Shown: piece by piece, positions 25,734 to 32,000 of the stretch
Position numbering within the stretch: position 1 is the stretch's first letter
Layout: every line of letters starts with the position of its first letter
NCBI GenBank assembly: GCA_030167145.1
Contig: CP126532.1
Location: forward strand, 4,380,001 to 4,412,000
Reading direction: 5' to 3'
Source: Ktedonobacterales bacterium
Lineage (GTDB): Bacteria > Chloroflexota > Ktedonobacteria > Ktedonobacterales > JADMIN01
Length of the DNA: 32,000 nucleotides
Translations under genes and position numbers: made by a program
The notes under the pieces: model-generated
Seen by the model: the letters and a program-made list of their open reading frames with translations, nothing else
The model's database searches: none
What the model was told of the DNA's origin: nothing

Positions 25734-26303
25734 ATGAACACGACCCTGGTATTTGTAACGCAATTCACGCTGAGTCTGCTGTCCTTTGGGCTGATCGCAC
25801 GCTGGGTGATCTACCCACGCCTGCGCGATCGCCCGTTGCGCGACGCCCTGACGCTGCTGCTGCTTTTTGAGACCCTGCGCACGATCGGGCTGATCGACCT
25901 CGTTCCAGGCCTCGTGGATGCCGCGCTGCCCGCTGGGTTCATCATTCCCGAGGCAGTGGGCGACATGCTCGCCGTGGTCCTGGCGTTTGCCGCCCTTGTT
26001 GCGGTGCGCTCCAACTGGCGCGTGGCGACTGCGCTCGTGTGGCTCTTTACGGTGGAAGGGTTGGCGGACTTCATCAATGCGACCGCACAGGGGCTGCGGC
26101 TTGATATTGTCACGCATAATCAACTGGGGCTTGCCTGGCTCTTGCCCACCTATGGCGTGCCCGCCTTCGCAGTAGCCCAACTGATAGTGATCGCGTTGCT
26201 CCTCTACCATGCCCGCCGCGAACGCCAGCCTGCTGGAGAGTTTGGAAACGATGGTGAGCGGACCGTGACGGCTCGTGATCGTCTGACGGCGAGCATCTCC
26301 TGA
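25734..26303 (+). CDS. hypothetical integral membrane protein (about 5 TM segments)
   Basis: AAAGGAG lies 7 nt upstream and 20 nt after the merR-like stop. Hydrophobic segments FVTQFTLSLLSFGLIARWVIY, MLAVVLAFAALVAV, ATALVWLFTV, and AFAVAQLIVIALLLY. No family recognised. Confidence 0.65.
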   Translation: MNTTLVFVTQFTLSLLSFGLIARWVIYPRLRDRPLRDALTLLLLFETLRTIGLIDLVPGLVDAALPAGFIIPEAVGDMLAVVLAFAALVAVRSNWRVATALVWLFTVEGLADFINATAQGLRLDIVTHNQLGLAWLLPTYGVPAFAVAQLIVIALLLYHARRERQPAGEFGNDGERTVTARDRLTASIS

Positions 26304-26489
26304 GATCGTTGCTATGACGACGCGGAGGAATGACGACGGGAAGCAAATAGATGGCTCTCGGCGGCGCCCGGCGGAGACGCATCCTGAGATTCGCCGGGCA
26401 GTCGTGGGCGAGCGCATCGCACCAATGGCGTCTGGCGCTGGTGTGGCCCTCACCCTTGACACGACGTTCGCCGAGGCGCTGGCATCCGC

Positions 26490-26536
26490 AGCCAGCCCAA
26501 GATAGACGCGCTGAAACGCGCGTGGCAGGAGTACGC
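26490..26536 (+). repeat. direct repeat copy 2 (candidate attR-like junction)
   Basis: agccagcccAAGATAGACGCGCTGAAACGCGCgtggcaggagtacgc. Same 23-nt core as copy 1, lying 2479 bp downstream of it. Confidence 0.9.
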
Positions 26537-26549
26537 TCTTGGCGGATAG
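26490..26549 (+). pseudogene. orphaned 3'-terminal fragment of a HIT-family gene
   Basis: In its own frame it reads SQPKIDALKRAWQEYALGG*, compared with SQSKIDALKRAWEEYARRAGG* at the end of the intact gene. An in-frame stop at 26457-26459 lies just upstream, so it cannot be part of a longer gene. Confidence 0.75.
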
Positions 26550-26565
26550 CCATCATACACATGTA

Positions 26566-26599
26566 AGAACGCCCCTTCCCAGCCAGGGAGGGGCGTTCT
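26566..26599. terminator. strong hairpin between convergent units (downstream of nuoH and of the HIT relic)
   Basis: AGAACGCCCCT (26566-26576) and AGGGGCGTTCT (26589-26599) form a perfect 11-bp stem. It lies 15 nt after the nuoH stop. T-tracts are poor on both strands. Confidence 0.5.
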
Positions 26600-26614
26600 C
26601 AATGCAGTCCAGAG

Positions 26615-27922
26615 CTACCGGCGGACGGGGCCGCCAGCAAGCTCCGGCGCGCCCTTGGCGGGTGGCGTGCCTGCTGTGGTCGCGTCCACCACTTTGCCAG
26701 TTCGCCGCGCCCAGCCGGGAATCTTGCCGATGGAACTGAGGCCACTCAGGCGGCGGAAGCTGAAGATGACGATGAACATCAGCAGCCAGTTCGCCACCGC
26801 CGAGATTGCCAGCCGGGGCGTCAGGTCCAGTGGCAGCAGCAGGAGCACGCCGGTCAGCAGGATGTTGAAGAGTGTCAGCGGGATCAGGAAGAGCCATGCG
26901 AACCGCATCAGTTGGTCGGCGCGCAGACGCGGCAGCGTGGCGCGTATCCACAAGAACACCAGCAGCAGCACATACATCTTGGTGATGAATGCGCCAACGG
27001 CGATGATGTTAAAGACCACTTGTCCCCAGAACGAGCCAAGCAGCCCGACCCAGAAGCCAATTGCCGTGCCAGGCAACGACCACCCGCCCAGGAAGACCGC
27101 CGTCGCCACCGCCGAGACGATGGTCATGTTGCCATACTCGCCCAGGAAGAACATCGCCCAGCGTAGGCCGCTATACTCCGTGAGATAGCCGGCGACCAGT
27201 TCGGATTCAGCTTCGGGCAGGTCGAACGGGGTGCGGTTCGTTTCGGCGAGGCCGCAGATGTAGTAGATCAGCAGGCCGAGCGGCTGCAAGAGCACGAACC
27301 AGAGCCACGGCGCTTCGGGGCGCATCTGCGCGGCGACAATCTGCGTGAACGAGATCGAGCCGACGCCGCAGGTGCTCAGATCAGGGTTCGCTCCCTGGCA
27401 GCCCGGCGCGAGCACACTGGTCAGCATGATGGCGCCGACGAGCGCGAGCACCAGCGGCAGTTCATACGAGATCATCTGCGCGCCCGCACGCAGACCGCCG
27501 ATGAGCGCATACTTGTTGTTCGATCCCCAGCCCGCCATGAAGACGCCGATCACGTCAATCGAACTGAGCGCAACATAGTAGATGATGCCGGTAGCCAGCG
27601 CGCCCGCCGTCATATAGGGCGAGAACGGCAGCACCACAAAGGCGGTGATGACCGGAGCGAAGAAGATCACTGGCGCCATGCGGAAGATGATATTGTCGGT
27701 CTGGGTCGCCCGCACGTCTTCTTTCAGCAGCAGCTTGGCGGGATCAATTACCGCCTGAAGGATGCCCTGTGGCCCATAATGATACGGGCCGTAGCGCTCC
27801 TGCACGTAGGCCTGCACCTTGCGCTCCAGGTAGACCAGAATCGAGGCTGACCCCATCAGGAAGAGCATGGAGAACACGAAGGTGATGACGAAGTGGATGA
27901 CGTTCTGTAGTACAGGATTCAT
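26615..27922 (-). CDS. nuoH: NADH-quinone oxidoreductase subunit H
   Basis: LVYLERKVQAYVQERYGPYHYGPQGILQAVIDPAKLLLKED and EAESELVAGYLTEYSG motifs. At 435 aa it is longer than usual, with an internal insertion and a C-terminal tail. Confidence 0.95.
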   Translation of the reverse strand: MNPVLQNVIHFVITFVFSMLFLMGSASILVYLERKVQAYVQERYGPYHYGPQGILQAVIDPAKLLLKEDVRATQTDNIIFRMAPVIFFAPVITAFVVLPFSPYMTAGALATGIIYYVALSSIDVIGVFMAGWGSNNKYALIGGLRAGAQMISYELPLVLALVGAIMLTSVLAPGCQGANPDLSTCGVGSISFTQIVAAQMRPEAPWLWFVLLQPLGLLIYYICGLAETNRTPFDLPEAESELVAGYLTEYSGLRWAMFFLGEYGNMTIVSAVATAVFLGGWSLPGTAIGFWVGLLGSFWGQVVFNIIAVGAFITKMYVLLLVFLWIRATLPRLRADQLMRFAWLFLIPLTLFNILLTGVLLLLPLDLTPRLAISAVANWLLMFIVIFSFRRLSGLSSIGKIPGWARRTGKVVDATTAGTPPAKGAPELAGGPVRR

Positions 27923-27930
27923 AGGGTCTC

Positions 27931-29073
27931 CTAACGATCCACATCGCCGAGTACGATGTCTATGCTGCCCAGGATTGCGATCACATCGCCAATCTTACTG
28001 CCGCGCAGCAATTCGGGCAAGATCTGGAGATTGACGAAGGACGGCCCGCGCAGCTTGGCGCGATACGGATATTCCGAGCCATCGCTAATCATATAGATGC
28101 TCTCTTCGCCGCGCGCACTCTCCACCGCGTAGTAGGTCTCGCCGCGTGGCGGACGCAGCGCGATGGGCGAACGTGTGGTGATGGAGCCGCCGGGGAGATT
28201 CGCCAGCGCGACCCGGCACAGGCGCACGCTCTCGGCCATCTCATCCATGCGAACGCGGTAGCGACCGAAACAGTCACCATCCTGCCGGATCTGGGTCCGC
28301 ACCGCAATCTCGCGATACGCGCCATAGGGGCGGTTCACGCGCAGATCGAAGTTGACGCCGGAGGCCCGCGCCACTGGACCGGTCAGCGCATAGGCGAGCG
28401 CCTGCTGCGGGTCTATATAGCCGACTCCCTGCGTGCGCGCCTCGAAGATTTCGTTGCCGGTCAGCAGTTCATGTAGCTCAGGCAAACTAACTTTCTCGAA
28501 GTTGTCGAGGAACTTCTCGCAGGTCTGTATCCAGCCTTTCGGCAGGTCATAGAGCACCCCGCCGACGCGCATGTAATTGTGGGTGAAGCGATGGCCGCTC
28601 ACCGCCTCGAACATATCCAGAATCTGTTCGCGGTCGCGGAAGCACCACAGCACCGGCGTCGAAGCGCCGAGGTCCAGGCCATAGGTGCCGACCGCGACGA
28701 GATGACTGGCGATGCGCTCCAATTCGCCGACGATCAGGCGGAGATATTGCGCGCGGCGCGGCGGCTCGATGTCCATTAACTGCTCGACGGCGCCCGCGTA
28801 GCAGGTTTCGTTGAGCATCGGGCTGAGATAGTCGGCGTTATCAATGTAGCGCGGACCGGCCATATAGGGCCGGTTCTCGAAGATCTTCTCCATGCCACGA
28901 TGCAGATAGCCGATGATCGGCGTGCATTGGATCACTGTTTCGCCGTCGAGCACCAGCACCAGGCGCAGCACGCCATGGGTCGAGGGATGCTGTGGACCTA
29001 AGTTGAGGATCATCTCCTCGCTGCGCAGCCCGGCAAATTCAGTCGTCAACGGCGCTGAAACGTCATTAGCCAT
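27931..29073 (-). CDS. nuoD: NADH-quinone oxidoreductase subunit D
   Basis: MILNLGPQHPSTHGVLRLVLVLDGE, GYLHRGMEK, and C-terminus ILGSIDIVLGDVDR. Confidence 0.97.
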   Translation of the reverse strand: MANDVSAPLTTEFAGLRSEEMILNLGPQHPSTHGVLRLVLVLDGETVIQCTPIIGYLHRGMEKIFENRPYMAGPRYIDNADYLSPMLNETCYAGAVEQLMDIEPPRRAQYLRLIVGELERIASHLVAVGTYGLDLGASTPVLWCFRDREQILDMFEAVSGHRFTHNYMRVGGVLYDLPKGWIQTCEKFLDNFEKVSLPELHELLTGNEIFEARTQGVGYIDPQQALAYALTGPVARASGVNFDLRVNRPYGAYREIAVRTQIRQDGDCFGRYRVRMDEMAESVRLCRVALANLPGGSITTRSPIALRPPRGETYYAVESARGEESIYMISDGSEYPYRAKLRGPSFVNLQILPELLRGSKIGDVIAILGSIDIVLGDVDR

Positions 29074-29076
29074 GGA

Positions 29077-29850
29077 TTATCCCCTTTGCGGCTTTCCTGT
29101 ACCGCCGCTTTCCGTATCCTGCTCGGTGACGAAACCATGCTCGCTCACGTCCTCAACGCCCTGGCCGGTCGTGAGGTAGACCGCCGCGCTGCCGAAGGTA
29201 AGCTTGCCCGGATGGACCCGCTCTTCGTCGCCCTGGCCCAGATGCTTCGGTGTGATGCGCTCCATGCCGCGCTGCTGTTCGCCGGAGACCGCGCGCTCGC
29301 CACTGGTCTGCGTCGTGGCGCGGTCATGCACGGTGAGTGGCGTCGGGTGGAAACTCTTGAGCAGCGGATAGCCGTTGAACTCGTCGTCCAGCAAGATGCG
29401 CCGCAGGTCGGGGTGACCGCGATAGACGATGCCATACATATCAAACGTCTCGCGTTCGAGCCAGTTCGCGGCGGGATAGAGGCCAACCAGCGAATCCACT
29501 TCGGCGTTGGCGCTAGGCAATTTGACGCGCACCTGGAGTAGCCAGTTATGGCTGATCGAACGCAGGTGATAGAGCGATTCGAGGTGGTCCACCATGTCCG
29601 CGCCCGAAACACAGGTAAGCATCTCAAAGCCCAGTGTGTCGCGCATGATGCGCGCCGCATCGAGCAGACGCTCCGCAGGCACTTCGATGCCGACGATGCC
29701 GCCATTCATGCGTTTCTTCGGCACGGGCTGGCCCAACGCCTGATCTACCTGCGCGAGGCCAGCGAGCAATTCGTTGATATGCTCAGGTTCGTAGGCAGCC
29801 AGCGAGGGAATCTGGTCGCCAGCGGCGGGGACGTTGCGCGCTAAATCCAC
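29077..29850 (-). CDS. nuoC: NADH-quinone oxidoreductase subunit C (with ~85-aa C-terminal extension)
   Basis: AANWLERETFDMYGIVYRGHPDLRRILL core. The proposed GTG start at 29850 overlaps the nuoA stop (GTGGATTTAG) and has AAAGGAG 7 nt upstream. An internal ATG (MNGGIVGIEV) is the alternative. The track ORF start at 30042 lies inside nuoA. Confidence 0.88.
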   Translation of the reverse strand: MDLARNVPAAGDQIPSLAAYEPEHINELLAGLAQVDQALGQPVPKKRMNGGIVGIEVPAERLLDAARIMRDTLGFEMLTCVSGADMVDHLESLYHLRSISHNWLLQVRVKLPSANAEVDSLVGLYPAANWLERETFDMYGIVYRGHPDLRRILLDDEFNGYPLLKSFHPTPLTVHDRATTQTSGERAVSGEQQRGMERITPKHLGQGDEERVHPGKLTFGSAAVYLTTGQGVEDVSEHGFVTEQDTESGGTGKPQRG

Positions 29851-30218
29851 CGGATGACTCCTTTCCGCCAGGCGTAGACCAGCCCCAGCGCCAGGACGAG
29901 GATGAAGAAGACGATCTCGATAAAGCCGAAGATGCCAAGCTGCTGAAAGATGACCGCCCAGGAGAGGATAAACACAATATCCACGTCGAAGGCGACGAAG
30001 AGCAGCGCGAAGATGTAGAACGCCAGCGGATACTGAATCCACGCGGAGCCAATCGGCGTCTCACCGGACTCGTAGATCGCGTACTTGGATTTGGCGGGCC
30101 GCTTCTTGAGCAGCAGGGCGTTGAGGACATTGGCGAATGTCAGCGACGCCACGACGAAGCCCGCGCCACCCAAGAAGAAAATGGCGGCGTTGAGATATCC
30201 AACAGCGGCCACGCGCAC
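29841..30218 (-). CDS. nuoA: NADH-quinone oxidoreductase subunit A
   Basis: YESGETPIGSAW and FDVDIVFILSWA motifs, three TM helices. The start is the GTG at 30218, or the GTG at 30212, which has better spacing to GGAGGT. Confidence 0.9.
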   Translation of the reverse strand: MRVAAVGYLNAAIFFLGGAGFVVASLTFANVLNALLLKKRPAKSKYAIYESGETPIGSAWIQYPLAFYIFALLFVAFDVDIVFILSWAVIFQQLGIFGFIEIVFFILVLALGLVYAWRKGVIRWI

Positions 30219-30559
30219 CTCCAGATGTGTAGATGTCTGCCGCGACGAGTGCGTTCCCCTACGCGGTGGGCGCGCTGCCGAGCGGTAGCCAAATGGGCGG
30301 CGCCAGCGCGGCGCGAGGCGGCATCAATGCGTATAATATGGGGTATGCTGCCACTCATCCGGCGCAACGTATGAGACGATGTGACGGGAAGACGCAGCGG
30401 CGCGGCGGAAACCGCGCCATCGCTGATTATACCATAGCTGTTTCGGCCAGACAACGCGCTTGCCGCTTGTTCAGCCGGTCTGGGACATTCGTACTCTCCA
30501 CCGTTCCCATTGTGCCAACGGTCAACAGAGACGAGAACGCTGCCAGGATTGAGGGTAAG

Positions 30560-31183
30560 ATGACGCTACTGGAAACCGAAACCATAGATGGGCTGAATGT
30601 CCTGTTGGAAGATCAGCGCGCCAGTGTCGAGATTCTGCTGGCGCTGGCGAACGGCGCAACCGAGCGCGCCGAACGTGAAGTCTTTCAGGCGATGGGCGGC
30701 GAAGCGGTTCTGGGCTGCTGTGTGCTGCGCGAGTATCTGGACGGTGCGGAAGGCGCATCGGTAAGCTGGCGCGTCAACGGTATCGTCTTCCCCATAGTCG
30801 GCCAAGAAACCTACGATGAGCGCCTGCGCGCGTATGCCACCTTTCTGAAGGATATATGTGATCGCGTCGAGGGATTCGTGCCCGACATTCCAGATGTCGC
30901 GGTGCGGCAGATATTGCGCGACATCTACACCGCGAATCTGCTGGCGGCGCGCTGGTGCTCGCAACGCGCGGAGGTCTTTGCCGAGAGCCGCACGATGGAG
31001 TTTAGCAAAACCAGATCGCTGATTACCGGCGTCACCCCGATTACTGAGGAAATGGAACTGGAACGCGCCGCACTGACACAGGAGCCAGAGACTGCGCCGT
31101 TCGCGCGCCCCCATCGCCCCGACCGCGCCGCCGAAGAGGCCGAATATCTTGGCGAGCAGGGCGAGATGCCCGATACGTTTTAG
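30560..31183 (+). CDS. hypothetical helical protein (tentatively DUF6306/ferritin-like; unverified)
   Basis: The ATG at 30560 (MTLLETETIDGLNVLLEDQRASVEILLAL...) has GAGGGT upstream. The track ORF starts at 30233, but that region looks non-coding. The family assignment rests on memory of an LNxLLExxRA-type motif only. Confidence 0.6.
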   Translation: MTLLETETIDGLNVLLEDQRASVEILLALANGATERAEREVFQAMGGEAVLGCCVLREYLDGAEGASVSWRVNGIVFPIVGQETYDERLRAYATFLKDICDRVEGFVPDIPDVAVRQILRDIYTANLLAARWCSQRAEVFAESRTMEFSKTRSLITGVTPITEEMELERAALTQEPETAPFARPHRPDRAAEEAEYLGEQGEMPDTF

Positions 31184-31272
31184 TGCGTCTCTCAAAGCCT
31201 TACCGTGTGGTAGATTGATGGCATGAGTTAGCCATTGGGATGTGCCGTTCTCTCGAAAGATGGGTATAGGTG

Positions 31273-31635
31273 ATGGCGAACGTTCGCGTCGGCTCAATTG
31301 TTCTGCGCGTAGACAACCTGCAGCGCCAGACGGAATTCTGGGCGGCGGCTCTCGACTACGTCCCCCGCGAAGAGCAGAGCGACGACTTTATGCTGCTGCG
31401 CCCCCGCAATGGTGTCGGACCCAACCTTTCTCTCGACCAGGTCCACTCGAAGGTCCAGGTGCCGCCACGCATTCACCTTGACCTGTATACAGACGATCAG
31501 GTTGGGGAGGTCAAGCGCCTGATCGCACTGGGCGCCACCGAGGTACATTGGAGCAAGCGACCACCAGATGCCGACTACGTGATCCTCGCCGATCCTGAGG
31601 GCAACCGCTTCTGCGTCGTGGACACAACTCGATAG
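31273..31635 (+). CDS. VOC/glyoxalase-bleomycin resistance family protein
   Basis: VRVGSIVLRVDNLQRQTEFW...RIHLDLYTDD...ILADPEGNRFCVV is the typical single-module VOC pattern. A GTG at 31270 is the alternative start. Confidence 0.8.
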   Translation: MANVRVGSIVLRVDNLQRQTEFWAAALDYVPREEQSDDFMLLRPRNGVGPNLSLDQVHSKVQVPPRIHLDLYTDDQVGEVKRLIALGATEVHWSKRPPDADYVILADPEGNRFCVVDTTR

Positions 31636-31856
31636 CCGTTTGGCGCCTTGCGCTCATTCCAGCAGCGCCGCGAAGGGGCCGCAGCTATCGGTTTCGCCAG
31701 GCGCGGTCAGGAAAGTCAAGAGATAGCCACCTGGCCTGAATGGCTTTGCTGTGCTATATCTCTCCTATATATCCCTGGCATTGGCGACCAAGCAAACGCC
31801 CGATTACGGATGCGAGCGAATGGCAACCCTGGCAGAGCCGGATGGGAGGGAAGCGC

Positions 31857-32000
31857 ATGGCGATACAATCGGCACACCACCCGGCGGAGAACACGCCTCC
31901 CATCCCGTTGCGGCTCTTCAATACGCTCACGCGGCAGCGCCAGACCTTTGAACCCCTAGAGCCAGGCCGTGCGCGCATGTACAGTTGCGGGCCGACCGTA
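31857..32000 (+). CDS. cysS: cysteine--tRNA ligase, 5' end (continues beyond the window)
   Basis: Absent from the ORF track because it is open to the window end. The ATG at 31857 (GGGAGGGA upstream) gives [48 protein letters not shown]. This matches the conserved CysS N-terminus (FNTLTR...F.P......MY.CGPTVY). Confidence 0.85.
   Translation, partial: MAIQSAHHPAENTPPIPLRLFNTLTRQRQTFEPLEPGRARMYSCGPTV

Noticed and set aside
25638-26462. 274-aa (-) ORF across the membrane-protein gene and spacer
   Set aside because: The + strand gene has a strong SD, tight spacing to the merR-like gene and clear TM segments. The minus ORF is Arg/Gly-rich with no start context.
24058-26489. Compositional (G+C) argument that the inserted segment is foreign
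   Set aside because: My hand counts of single 60-nt lines gave about 53-60% in the merR-like gene but about 72% in the adjacent membrane gene. Flanking genes ranged from about 55% (nuoH) to about 78% (pdp). This is not decisive by eye and must be computed properly, so I did not use it as evidence.
24058-26489. Search for an integrase, transposase or terminal inverted repeats inside the bracketed segment
   Set aside because: No ORF on either strand has recombinase-like motifs (no R..H..R..Y or DDE patterns recognisable), and I saw no terminal inverted repeats. I therefore did not annotate a mobile_element feature, only the repeats and the gene relic.
30233-30559. N-terminal 109 codons of track ORF 30233..31183. 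Similar 5' extensions occur in ORFs 829..2736, 5237..6349, 11086..12189, 13214..14437, 17525..19150, 22229..23410, 24814..25713 and 29077..30042.
   Set aside because: The extensions lack SD sites, overlap neighbouring genes or precede the conserved N-termini. I trimmed each to an internal start with a ribosome-binding site.
30566-31297. 243-aa (-) ORF
   Set aside because: It is antisense to the 30560-31183 gene, which has the better SD and G/C-rich third positions. My own functional call for the + gene remains tentative.

Overview
High-GC bacterial chromosomal segment. The taxon cannot be fixed from the sequence alone. AGGAGG-type Shine-Dalgarno sites are used, and the gene content and protein styles are reminiscent of Chloroflexota or Actinomycetota. 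I support about 31 protein-coding genes and found no rRNA, tRNA, CRISPR array, transposase or integrase by eye. Most of the window is housekeeping: guaA, pdp, fabF, acpS, ugd, lgt, cysS (5' end), a nuoA-C-D-H cluster, and genes for a UbiA prenyltransferase, a methyltransferase, an SDR epimerase, a universal stress protein, a rhomboid protease, an MBL hydrolase and a HIT protein. Five things stand out. (1) A TIR domain is fused to a cysteine-less FGE-sulfatase/SUMF1-like domain, and the gene starts 8 nt behind fabF. (2) Two tandem paralogous lipoproteins have a C-terminal domain that resembles the plant EXORDIUM/PHI-1 family. (3) A 2.5 kb segment carries a small ORF, a BmrR-like MerR/GyrI regulator with a textbook MerR-type operator-promoter, and an unknown membrane protein. 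It sits between a full-length HIT gene and an orphaned, diverged copy of that gene's own 3' end, which looks like an attL/attR scar, yet no recombinase is present. (4) The nuo cluster has no room for nuoB, nuoEFG or nuoI-N. (5) Several perfect palindromes and promoter-like elements lie in intergenic regions. Many long ORFs in the supplied track are antisense shadow ORFs typical of high-GC DNA and were rejected. All domain calls come from motif recognition by eye and need HMM or BLAST confirmation.
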